The notes: a model not told the origin generated them from the sequence alone. A DNA stretch of 64,000 nucleotides from an uncultured Acidobacteriota bacterium (GCA_963718845.1 CAVRAD010000001.1:47434-111433), one strand, 5' to 3'. Counted from the first letter of the stretch, positions 48,517 to 57,126 are shown. Made by a program: numbers and translations.

Positions 48517-49797
48517 ATGCATATGGAAGGATCGGACGCGAAATATCATCGGCAAAAGGATAGCAAACGCTTCCAGCCTCGACTTGCGTACGTGCTTATC
48601 GGCCTGCTGGCATGCGTTGCGCTTTGTGGAGTGTGCGCGGCCATTTCTGCGCCCCAAAAGAATCCCCAGGCTTCCGCCGCGCGACAGGACAAGAAGCCAC
48701 ACCCCCCCCTGGCGGGCAAAGCGTGCGTCGATTGCCACGAACAGAATGTGTCGTCAACGGTGCGCTGCCTGGTGGCTAAAGAACCGTTGTGCGTACTCTG
48801 TCACGATATCCCGGATGTCGGAGGCACTTCGCGCCTGGTGAACTCAGACAATCCGCTCTGCTTCAAGTGCCATGCGAAAGAAAAATTCAAAAGCAGCTTT
48901 AGTCACGGGCCATTTGTTTTCGGGGCATGTGTTGCCTGTCACGATCCGCACGGAGGTAATGAACCACGCATGTTGCGGATTTCCGGCCGGCAACTGTGCT
49001 TGACCTGCCATAGGGACATGGATACCAGGTTCACGAATGCAAGATTTCGGCACCAGGCCTTAGCGACCGGATGCACCGAATGCCATTCCCCGCATTCATC
49101 GGAGCAGCGCTACGAGTTGAAGGCGGCCGTTCCCGTACTTTGCGCCAAATGTCACGAAAAAACTCTCCACGAACAGGAAGCGGTAAAAGTAAAACATTCT
49201 CCGGTCACAGAGGCGCCCGCTTGTATGAATTGTCATAATCCGCATCTGTCCGAGAACGATCATTTACTCCTTTCCGAGGAGCCGGATACTTGTCTGAGAT
49301 GCCACGATGAGCCCATCAAGATCGGCAAAAATGAATTGGAGCCAATGGGACAATTCCTGGCGGCGAATCCAAGGCAGCACGGGCCCATGCAAAGCAAGGA
49401 ATGCTCAGGATGCCACAAACCGCACGGGTCCTCCCATTTCCGACTCTTGACCGATGCATATCCGAAAGAGTTTTATGCTCCCTTCCAGGTATCGAAATAC
49501 GATCTCTGCTTTCGTTGCCATGAGTCCACCCTGGTGAAAGAAGAGCGCACGGCAACGTTGACTGGATTTCGAGATGGCGACCGCAATCTTCATTTTGTTC
49601 ATGTCAGCAAGGTCCCGGCAGGACGAACTTGCCGGTTTTGTCACGAGACTCACGCGAGCACTTTGCCCAAACACATCCGGGTGTTCGTGCCCTTCGGGAC
49701 ATGGAAGCTGCCGGTAGGATTTAGTCAGACCGAAAATGGCGGAAGCTGTGCGCCCGGCTGTCATGAATTAAAGAAATACGAACGGAAGGCCGGGTAA
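48517..49797 (+). CDS. Periplasmic multihaem cytochrome c (12 CXXCH + CX3CH), paralog of 44369-45787
   Basis: 426 aa. TM/signal segment LAYVLIGLLACVALCGVCAAISA. C-terminal module LCFRCH..LTGFRDGDRNLHFVHV...GRTCRFCHE.H...GGSCAPGCH is shared with 44369. Confidence 0.85.
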   Translation: MHMEGSDAKYHRQKDSKRFQPRLAYVLIGLLACVALCGVCAAISAPQKNPQASAARQDKKPHPPLAGKACVDCHEQNVSSTVRCLVAKEPLCVLCHDIPDVGGTSRLVNSDNPLCFKCHAKEKFKSSFSHGPFVFGACVACHDPHGGNEPRMLRISGRQLCLTCHRDMDTRFTNARFRHQALATGCTECHSPHSSEQRYELKAAVPVLCAKCHEKTLHEQEAVKVKHSPVTEAPACMNCHNPHLSENDHLLLSEEPDTCLRCHDEPIKIGKNELEPMGQFLAANPRQHGPMQSKECSGCHKPHGSSHFRLLTDAYPKEFYAPFQVSKYDLCFRCHESTLVKEERTATLTGFRDGDRNLHFVHVSKVPAGRTCRFCHETHASTLPKHIRVFVPFGTWKLPVGFSQTENGGSCAPGCHELKKYERKAG

Positions 49798-49803
49798 TTC
49801 AAA

Positions 49804-49873
49804 AAATCCGTACCTGGTTATACTGTCCCTCCTCCTCCTCGGGACACGGGACAGTATAACCAGGTACGGATTT
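49804..49873. terminator. Perfect 26-bp-stem hairpin between convergent genes
   Basis: aaatccgtacctggttatactgtccc (49804-49829) / gggacagtataaccaggtacggattt (49848-49873). Single related half-copies at 10223-10248 and about 39093-39118. Confidence 0.65.
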
Positions 49874-49877
49874 CGGA

Positions 49878-50834
49878 TTAATGCACCGTTACCGGTAGGC
49901 CAAGGGCTTCCAGTGCTTCTTTCAAGGACTGGATCTTTTCATCCGAAGGAGGTTCGGCTTCCAGAACGAGTTTGCTGTCATCGATCCGCGGGTATTTCAT
50001 AACTCCCAGGTTGTGATAGGGCAGCAGCTGAATCATGGCGACCGCCTCCCCGAGAGATTTGCAAAACAAACCGGTTGCGCGGATGCTTTCTTCCGAGTCG
50101 CTGAAATCCGGGATTACAGGAAGGCGGATCTGCATTTTTCCGCCCGCCCGCGCGATTTTGGCGGCATTCTCCAGGATCAGCCCATTCGGCACGCCGGTCA
50201 CCCGGCGGTGCTGCTCGCTGTCCATATGCTTCAGGTCGTATAAGAACAAATCCGTATAAGGCAAAATCTGTTCTACTATTTCGTATCGTGCATAGCCGGT
50301 GGTGTCCACTGCGGTGTGGATGCCGGACTTCTTCAGGCTTTTCAGTACCTGCAGAACGAACTCCGGCTGGCATAGCGGTTCTCCGCCGGAGATGGTGACG
50401 CCGCCGCCGGAGTGTTCATAAAAAGGCATATCCTTGCGCAGTCGCCGTACCAGTTCATCCACGGTATATTCGGTGCCGCAGATCACCAGCGCTTTCGCGT
50501 AGCATACGCCTGCGCAATCCCCGCAATTATTACATTGGGAGCGGTCGATATGAATGTGCTGAATGTTTTCCTGAGTGGCTGCATGCCGGACCCATGTGCC
50601 GGGAGCGATCGCTCCTTTGGGGCAGGCGCTCAGGCACTTTCCGCATTTTTCGATGCCCACGCAGCGGAGGGACATCCAGCTCAGTTGCTTATAGAACTGC
50701 TGGGATTCAGGGCTGTGGCACCAGGGACAACGCAGGGGGCACCCCTTTAAAAAGACCGTCGTGCGGATGCCGGGGCCATCCTGCACAGAAAATCCCTGTA
50801 TGTCGTAGACAATTCCCGTTAACGGCTTTTCCAT
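49878..50834 (-). CDS. Glycyl-radical enzyme activating protein (radical SAM with two extra 4Fe-4S motifs)
   Basis: 318 aa. DGPGIRTTVFLKGCPLRCPWCHSPES (CX3CX2C), then CGKCLSACP and CNNCGDCAGVC clusters. Confidence 0.9.
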   Translation of the reverse strand: MEKPLTGIVYDIQGFSVQDGPGIRTTVFLKGCPLRCPWCHSPESQQFYKQLSWMSLRCVGIEKCGKCLSACPKGAIAPGTWVRHAATQENIQHIHIDRSQCNNCGDCAGVCYAKALVICGTEYTVDELVRRLRKDMPFYEHSGGGVTISGGEPLCQPEFVLQVLKSLKKSGIHTAVDTTGYARYEIVEQILPYTDLFLYDLKHMDSEQHRRVTGVPNGLILENAAKIARAGGKMQIRLPVIPDFSDSEESIRATGLFCKSLGEAVAMIQLLPYHNLGVMKYPRIDDSKLVLEAEPPSDEKIQSLKEALEALGLPVTVH

Positions 50835-50857
50835 GATTTTCGAGTCCGCCTGGATGG

Positions 50858-53275
50858 TTACAGACTCAGCTCCGTGCGCCGGATGATATCGTCCTGGCTG
50901 GCCTTGTAGAGTTCTACGAAGTACGCGCTGAAGCCGGCGATCCGCACTACCAGATCCCTGTATTCTTCCGGATGCTCCTGCGCCCTGCGCAAAACTTTTC
51001 CGCTGACGATGTTGAACTGCATCTCCATGCCGCCCAGAGCGAAGTAGGTTCGGATCAGAGCGATCAGTTTTCCTTTGCCCGTTTCGTTGCTCAGCGCTGT
51101 CGGATGAAAACGCATGTTCAGCAAGGTGCCGTTTGAAAACTTCTTCTGGTCAATGGCCGACACGGACTTGAGCGTGGCGGTGGGGCCGCTCTTGTCGAGT
51201 TGCTGAACAGGGGAGATCCCGTCTGCGAGAGGTTCGCCGGCTTTCCTGCCGTCAGGCGACGCTGCAGTCGACATGCCGAACAGAACATGGGTCGTGACAG
51301 GATACAAACCGGCGGCATATCTGCCGCGAGGCCCTGTCGCGGAGTTCACGGCATCGCCATAAACATCGGACGCCCATTTTGCGAACTGGTCTGTGTACTC
51401 ATTGTCGTTTCCATAATGGGGCGCTTCGTTCAGGATAGTCTGTCTCAGTTCCTCTTTGCCTTCCCAGTTTGTCATGAGCGCGTCATAGAGTTCTCGCGCG
51501 GAAATGAGCTTTTTATCGTAGACCATGTACTTTACTACCGCCAGGCTGTCTGCGATGTTCCCGACGGCTATGCCGGCGTTGCCGGTCGAGTTATATTTTG
51601 CGCCGCCCTTCATAACGTCCTTGCCCGACTCCATGCAGCCGTCAATCGTTGCCGAAAGCAGCGGCAGCTGCATGTGTTCTGAGGCAACATATTCCCACAT
51701 GTTCACCAGGCTGATGTGCCAGCGGACGAAGTATTCCAGCTGCTTTCTGACGGCGCAGAGGACATCGTCGAAAGTTGCCATCTCATAGAGATACCCTGTC
51801 GGCAGGCCGACCTGCCCGCCAAGCTTTCCGTCGCGGCCGGGCATCGGGTTGTAGCCGTTGTTGATGGCCAGCAGGAAGGCGTTGAGCATATTGAAAAAAG
51901 ATTCCGTGCCGGTGCCGCCCGGGCACGCCCATTCGTCGCCGCAGCCTTGCGGCTCCACGCAGCCGATGAGACAGTAGTTACTCGCGCTCTCCATCGGCAG
52001 GCCTCTGGCCATGAGCGCCGGAATGATGACATCGTCATTTTCGAAGGTGGGCACGCCACCGGCGATTTGCGTCGTTTCGATTGCCGCTTCCCACAATTTC
52101 TGCGGAGTGCCTTTGTGGATGCGCAGGGACTGGGGTGGGTCATGCAGCACGAGGCGCCCGGCGGACTGAAGCATCATGTAGGATACGGCGTTGGTTGCAT
52201 CCTTGCCTTCTTTGGTCACTCCGCCAATGGTCATCAATTGACCGCTCGTGTAGCCTGGCCCGGAGAGTGTGGCAAAGTAGGGCCATATTTTGTTCATTTC
52301 AGCTACTTTTAGATAAAACATATCAAGTAGTTCTTGAGCTTTTTCGTGCGTGATTCTGCCTGCGGCGATGTCTGCGTCATAGTAGCCGCCCAGGTACTGA
52401 TCGACGCGGCCGAAACTGATTCCATGTTGTTGTGCGTCCAGGCACAAGCCGATCTGGTAGAGGAACATGCACTGTATCGCCTCATGGAAGGTCCGGCAGG
52501 GATTTTCCATAATCCAGTTCAGCGAATCGGCCATTGCCTCAAGTTCTTTTCTTCTCTCTGAATCTGTTTCCAGGGAAGCCAGCCGTGCGCATTCCCGGGC
52601 ATATCTTTTGGAGAGAGTGATCATGCCGTCGCAGACAATGGTCACGGCGCGATAGAAGTTGTATTTGGCTGCGCCGTCGCCGAACAGGACGCCTTCCAGT
52701 GCGTCCATTTTCGCCTGTGCTTCCTCGCGGATGGAGCCAAAGCCCTGGTGCATCGCTTTTTCAAAGTTCGCGACAAAATGGCCGACAGGCGACGAGCAGG
52801 TGTCCTTCGTGCCGAAGTAGGTGACGCCACTACCCGCGACATTAAAGTATCCAAGCGGGATATGTTCGTCCACTTTCGCGCTCAGGCACTCTTTGCGCCA
52901 CAGGTCGCCGGTGCTCAGAACATATTCAGCGTCCTTCGCGTCTATATCATAGGGATCCGTTTCTCTGAGCGGGATAGTGCCTGCTCTGAGTTCGTCCAGA
53001 AACCATCCGAACGAAGTTTCGGGGTAGAGCGCGCAAGCGCGATATTTCGCGGCCTGCCAACCGACGATCACTTCGTCCTTGTTAACGAGGACGGGAAGTT
53101 TTTCGCAGATATTCCTGAAGTTTTTGGCTCTTTTCAAAATGCCCTGCAGCTGCGGATTTTCCTTATAAAACTCCGTCACAATTTTATAGCGCGCGATGCA
53201 GATACTGGGTCTCGTCGTGCGATATTTCTCGCGCATCTTTGCAACGCGGTCCGTAACAGGGCTCAGCACGTACAT
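50858..53275 (-). CDS. Glycyl radical enzyme, Cys-x-Glu (eliminase/dehydratase-type) branch, substrate unknown
   Basis: ATG at 53275 follows AAGGAGG (MYVLSPVTDRVAKMREKY). Cys loop LIGCVEPQG. Gly-radical motif VVRIAGFSAYFVEL. The ORF-track N-terminal extension runs through a repeat element and is discounted. Confidence 0.9.
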   Translation of the reverse strand: MYVLSPVTDRVAKMREKYRTTRPSICIARYKIVTEFYKENPQLQGILKRAKNFRNICEKLPVLVNKDEVIVGWQAAKYRACALYPETSFGWFLDELRAGTIPLRETDPYDIDAKDAEYVLSTGDLWRKECLSAKVDEHIPLGYFNVAGSGVTYFGTKDTCSSPVGHFVANFEKAMHQGFGSIREEAQAKMDALEGVLFGDGAAKYNFYRAVTIVCDGMITLSKRYARECARLASLETDSERRKELEAMADSLNWIMENPCRTFHEAIQCMFLYQIGLCLDAQQHGISFGRVDQYLGGYYDADIAAGRITHEKAQELLDMFYLKVAEMNKIWPYFATLSGPGYTSGQLMTIGGVTKEGKDATNAVSYMMLQSAGRLVLHDPPQSLRIHKGTPQKLWEAAIETTQIAGGVPTFENDDVIIPALMARGLPMESASNYCLIGCVEPQGCGDEWACPGGTGTESFFNMLNAFLLAINNGYNPMPGRDGKLGGQVGLPTGYLYEMATFDDVLCAVRKQLEYFVRWHISLVNMWEYVASEHMQLPLLSATIDGCMESGKDVMKGGAKYNSTGNAGIAVGNIADSLAVVKYMVYDKKLISARELYDALMTNWEGKEELRQTILNEAPHYGNDNEYTDQFAKWASDVYGDAVNSATGPRGRYAAGLYPVTTHVLFGMSTAASPDGRKAGEPLADGISPVQQLDKSGPTATLKSVSAIDQKKFSNGTLLNMRFHPTALSNETGKGKLIALIRTYFALGGMEMQFNIVSGKVLRRAQEHPEEYRDLVVRIAGFSAYFVELYKASQDDIIRRTELSL

Positions 53276-53317
53276 GGTCAATCCTCCTTGTGATATTCTA
53301 CAGTGAATTATTTGATG

Positions 53318-53480
53318 TCGAAGCAAAAAAAAGGCAGGACACGAATTATCACGAATTCCACAAATGAGCTTGAAGAAATTATGGACAGCGCGAAGCGCCG
53401 CCGCCCATATGTGGAATCCGTGTAATTCGTGGCAAGCTTTTGTCTTTGAAATACAAAGAACTGTTAGACGCACTACACTC
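53318..53480. repeat. About 165-bp intergenic repeat element, copy 2 (see 3811-3975)
   Basis: Colinear with 3811-3975 in the same orientation. Lies in the divergent promoter region between the GRE and the Mo-oxidoreductase gene. Confidence 0.75.
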
Positions 53481-53517
53481 GCACCATATTCGGGCTATAA
53501 TGATAGCGGGGTACAAA

Positions 53518-54237
53518 ATGAAGAACGGGCGCCAGAGCATTACACGAAGGTTTGTTTTAAAGATGACCGGAGGGTTGATTATTATGCCGTCTTTACCTTC
53601 TTCCATTTTTGACTTTTTTATCAAACCGCTGCCCATCCGGACCGTGGAGCAGACCAGGTTTAAGTTCGACACCGGCAAGGGTTTTATCGAATGGGAAAAA
53701 AAGGCAAAAGAAGAATATCGGCTGATTGTCGACGGGATGGTGAAGGAAACCAAACGATACTCCTACGTCGATCTGCGCGCGTTTCCGCAGGTGGAACAAG
53801 TGTCCGATTTCCACTGCGTGGAGGGTTGGTCTGTAAAAGATCTGACGTGGGGCGGATTCCGTTTCAAAGAAATCCTGAACAGAGTGGAACCGGCACCGGA
53901 AGCCACGCACGTCCTGTTTCATTCCTTCGGAACAACCGGGTCCTCTCCAAAAGGGCAAAGCCACTACATTGAATCCTTGCCGCTGGGCGAACTATTGGAC
54001 TCCACGAGAGAGATTCTGTTGGTTCTTGCCATGGACCGGAAGCCTTTGCCTGAAGAGTATGGCGGGCCTTTACGGCTGATCGCTCCCTATGATCTTGGCT
54101 ACAAAAGCATCAAATTCGTTTCGAGGATAGAGTTCATCAAGGGCGCACGCCCGGGATGGTGGACTCTGGCGAATCCCATCTACACGATAGAGGCAAGGGT
54201 CCAGAAAAACAGATTGCGGCGGCTTCCAGGCAAATAA
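53518..54237 (+). CDS. Tat-type SUOX-fold molybdopterin-dependent oxidoreductase (MsrP/YedY-like catalytic domain)
   Basis: MKNGRQSITRRFVLKMTGG... signal. FHCVEGWSVKDLTWGGFRF and GGPLRLIAPYDLGYKSIKFVSRIEF are typical of the oxidoreductase molybdopterin-binding domain. Confidence 0.8.
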   Translation: MKNGRQSITRRFVLKMTGGLIIMPSLPSSIFDFFIKPLPIRTVEQTRFKFDTGKGFIEWEKKAKEEYRLIVDGMVKETKRYSYVDLRAFPQVEQVSDFHCVEGWSVKDLTWGGFRFKEILNRVEPAPEATHVLFHSFGTTGSSPKGQSHYIESLPLGELLDSTREILLVLAMDRKPLPEEYGGPLRLIAPYDLGYKSIKFVSRIEFIKGARPGWWTLANPIYTIEARVQKNRLRRLPGK

Positions 54238-54289
54238 TGCGCCGTCGAGACGGCGAAATCCGCATAGTTGGTTTGGTGGCGAAGCCTTT

Positions 54290-54638
54290 GGAGTGCGGCA
54301 GCAAGCTCTGCTCCTTACCCGCATCTTTGAAAATGAATCGAGCGATCGAAGCGCTGAAAGCGCGGTGCAGCAAAGCCCAGGGCGCAAGCCCTGGGTTATG
54401 AGAAGCAAGAAAAGGAGTCCTGAAAGGACGAAGCAGCCTGCGCCGCCCTTTCAGGGCTTTATCTTCTCCGCCTCCGACCCAGGGTTACGGCCGCTGCGCG
54501 GCCTCCGCCCTGGGCTTTGCTGCACCGCGCTTTCAGCGCTGGAGTTCTCGTTAGCATGATGCCTGTGATGCAATACTCACACGCAAATGCTTACCGATAG
54601 GAAGATGCGTGCAAGGAGCAGAGCTTGCTGCCGCTTTT
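54290..54638. repeat. Nested palindrome (outer ggagtgcggcag family arms, inner gcgctgaaagcgcg...cccagggc family arms)
   Basis: Outer arms 54290-54328 / 54602-54638. Inner arms 54350-54383 / 54507-54540. Confidence 0.8.
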
Positions 54639-54694
54639 GAGTTCCCAGTTATAGATGGCCAGACAACATATTACTTTTTCACGGGAGACATGAC

Positions 54695-55267
54695 GTGATA
54701 GAAATATTGTCGGCGTTCGGACTATCGGCGGCTACCGGCCTTAACGCGTATCTGCCCCTGCTTATCGTTGGATTGTTGTCGAGGTTCACCGACTGGATCA
54801 CGCTGAAAGCCCCGTGGAACGCTTTGGAAAATACATGGGTTTTGCTGGTGCTGGCCATCCTGCTTATCATTGAAATGACCGTCGATAAGATTGCGGCGGT
54901 CGACACCCTGAATGATGTAATTCAGACATTTATCCGGCCGGTGGCAGGAGCGATTTTGTTTGCTGCCGGCAGCAATTGGATCAGCGAAATAAGTCCTGTG
55001 GCGGCGATGATCTGCGGCCTTGTGGTCGCCGGAAGCGTGCACGCCGCAAAAGCTTCCGCGCGGCCTATGATTACGGCAGGCACGGCCGGGATGGGCAATC
55101 CGGTGGTCAGTGTCGTAGAAGACGTGATCTCCGGAGTTGCGGCTTTTGTCTCTGTTGTTCTTCCGGTTCTGGCCGCTGTCTTTATAGCCATTCTCCTGGG
55201 CTTGTTTATCTGGTGGAGAGTTCGTTGGAAGAAGGCTGACAACGCGCGAGCGCACCAGGAAATATAA
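54695..55267 (+). CDS. DUF4126-like membrane protein
   Basis: 190 aa. FGLSAATGLNAYLPLLIVGLLSRF... followed by several hydrophobic helices. Confidence 0.6.
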   Translation: MIEILSAFGLSAATGLNAYLPLLIVGLLSRFTDWITLKAPWNALENTWVLLVLAILLIIEMTVDKIAAVDTLNDVIQTFIRPVAGAILFAAGSNWISEISPVAAMICGLVVAGSVHAAKASARPMITAGTAGMGNPVVSVVEDVISGVAAFVSVVLPVLAAVFIAILLGLFIWWRVRWKKADNARAHQEI

Positions 55268-56326
55268 ATGCTTGTTGGAATCAATTATCCTTGGATCGAT
55301 TACGGGTGGGACTTTGGCGACCCGCCTCCTGCATGGGTGGCGGGCGAATCCGCAGCCGCATGGCGCGAAAACAAGCGAAAACAGATCGAAGAGGATTTCA
55401 GACTTTTTGCGTCCCAGGGAATCGGCGCTGTCCGCTGGTTTGTAATGGCCGACGGTTCGAACTACGGAACCGGTGCATTGGCTCCCCGGAAAGCTGCCAA
55501 CGGCTGGACATTCGACCCCTTACCGGACGGAGATTCCTTTTATAGTCGCTTCGTCAACGATTTTGAATTCGTACTGCAGGTCTGCAGGAACAACAATCTT
55601 AAGCTCTTTCCTTCACTGATAGATTTTTCCTGGTGTTGGCAGGGAAATCCTGTGGCAGGCAATTCGGGAATCATCAAGGGCGGAAGATATGACATCGTTC
55701 GGGATCCGGAAAAGAGACAGAAGTTCTTTGATCGGATTCTGGATCCTTTGCTTGAGCTGTCCATGCAATACCTGGATTCAATCTACGCATGGGAGCTAGT
55801 CAATGAGCCGGAATGGGTTGTTCGGCATTTTTGGCCCTGGTGGAAACGGGACAGGGATCGCATGGTATCGCGAAGGGAAATGAAGGCGTTCATTGCGGAG
55901 GGGATCTGCCGGATTAACGGAAAGCGGCTGTCTGATGGAGGCAGCGCGTTTCAAACCTCGGTCGGATTTGCCCATTGGAAAAGCTTGGATGAATGGGATG
56001 CGGGAAGGCTCGGTATAACGCTGCATCAGTTCCACTATTATGCGCAACAAAACCGCGAGTTGCCTCAATGTGCCGATGCTGCAGACCCGCCGTGCATCGT
56101 GGGTGAATTTGCGACCGCAGCGGGAAAGGACTGGCCGGATCTGCTGGCTCGAGGTTCGGGGCAAACCACGACCAACAAGCTTTTCTGTATTGAGAAAAAA
56201 GGATATCTTGCTTGTTTTTTATGGTCGGCCAAAGCCGTGGACCCGGCAACCAGGTGGACGGCGGAAGAACACCTGGAGGTTGTTGCATACACGGGTTCAA
56301 AACAGGAAAACAGCTTCAAAGTTTGA
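55268..56326 (+). CDS. Clan GH-A-like TIM-barrel glycoside hydrolase (putative), no signal peptide
   Basis: 352 aa. ATG immediately follows the upstream TAA. WELVNEPEW contains the NEP acid/base motif typical of GH5-like enzymes. Assignment from motif only. Confidence 0.45.
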   Translation: MLVGINYPWIDYGWDFGDPPPAWVAGESAAAWRENKRKQIEEDFRLFASQGIGAVRWFVMADGSNYGTGALAPRKAANGWTFDPLPDGDSFYSRFVNDFEFVLQVCRNNNLKLFPSLIDFSWCWQGNPVAGNSGIIKGGRYDIVRDPEKRQKFFDRILDPLLELSMQYLDSIYAWELVNEPEWVVRHFWPWWKRDRDRMVSRREMKAFIAEGICRINGKRLSDGGSAFQTSVGFAHWKSLDEWDAGRLGITLHQFHYYAQQNRELPQCADAADPPCIVGEFATAAGKDWPDLLARGSGQTTTNKLFCIEKKGYLACFLWSAKAVDPATRWTAEEHLEVVAYTGSKQENSFKV

Positions 56327-56337
56327 TTTAGCCTGAC

Positions 56338-56565
56338 CTATATCTGTCTCATGCCGTCCTGGCCGTTCGCCGTTTTTCGGTTTTTCCACATGCCAAACAG
56401 AACGGTCAGCAGTGCCAGACCGATCTCATCAAGGAAGGGAATGAAATCCGGGACCAGCACATCGATCAGCGTGAGAGCTCCAAGGATAAGAAAAAGCGCG
56501 GGAAACCGGAGATTAAGACGATTCAAAATGCGAGCTAAGGCAGATACCCGTAGTGGCGATGTCAT
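56338..56565 (-). CDS. Small two-helix membrane protein, unknown function
   Basis: 75-aa ORF with two hydrophobic segments (FPALFLILGALTLIDVLV, IGLALLTVLFGMW). Confidence 0.4.
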   Translation of the reverse strand: MTSPLRVSALARILNRLNLRFPALFLILGALTLIDVLVPDFIPFLDEIGLALLTVLFGMWKNRKTANGQDGMRQI

Positions 56566-56862
56566 GACGGCTTCTCTCCAACAAATGCTCTGGCTTTATG
56601 AACTCGAGTGAATCTATTATCTCATCCCATTGCTGAAACCGGCCAGTTTAAAAAACGGATAGGGCGCGCCGATGCAGCCTGAATGATGTCGGATAGGGTT
56701 TTTTATCTTTTTCGTGTAATGCGGCACCTTGATTCAAATCACGACGGATCAATCGCGGATGACGCGATGGGGATGGCTTCCCGGTTTTCAAGAAGTGATG
56801 GGAGCCGGCAAATTCCTGCGCCCTCACGCACTGCAAACCGTAGCCACAAATTTGAACTGATT

Positions 56863-57126
56863 TCACGACGCGCTGGGCGCCTTTTTCTTGAATAGACGGT
56901 AGAGCACCAGCAGGAGTATGGCTCCCACGATGGCCGCGATAAAACCGGCAGATTCGCCCTGGCCATACCAGCCGATCAACCGGCCGAGGAATGTGGCCAG
57001 CAGCGCTCCGACCACACCCAGAACGATTGTGATGATGAATCCTCCTGGATCCTTTCCCGGCATAACAAGTTTTGCAACTGCGCCCGCAACGAAACCTATG
57101 ATAATAACTCCGAGCAGATTCAGCAT
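56863..57126 (-). CDS. GlsB/YeaQ/YmgE family (transglycosylase-associated) stress membrane protein
   Basis: 87 aa. IIIGFVAGAVAKLVMPGKDPGGFIITIVLGVVGALLATFLG is typical of the family. Confidence 0.85.
   Translation of the reverse strand: MLNLLGVIIIGFVAGAVAKLVMPGKDPGGFIITIVLGVVGALLATFLGRLIGWYGQGESAGFIAAIVGAILLLVLYRLFKKKAPSAS

Noticed and set aside
39261-49797. The cytochrome cluster as a horizontally acquired genomic island.
   Set aside because: There is no integrase, transposase, tRNA target or flanking direct repeats. By eye, composition does not differ obviously from the neighbouring DNA. The adjacent hicAB and decayed AKR are weak evidence at best.
9456-54237. A sulfonate-degradation system linking the GREs with the TauE/SafE sulfite exporter, the sulfatase and the SUOX-fold Mo enzyme.
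   Set aside because: The genes are scattered over 45 kb in separate transcription units. No sulfonate transporter or regulator is seen, and I cannot identify subfamily-specific GRE residues by eye. It is kept only as a testable idea under the GRE finding.
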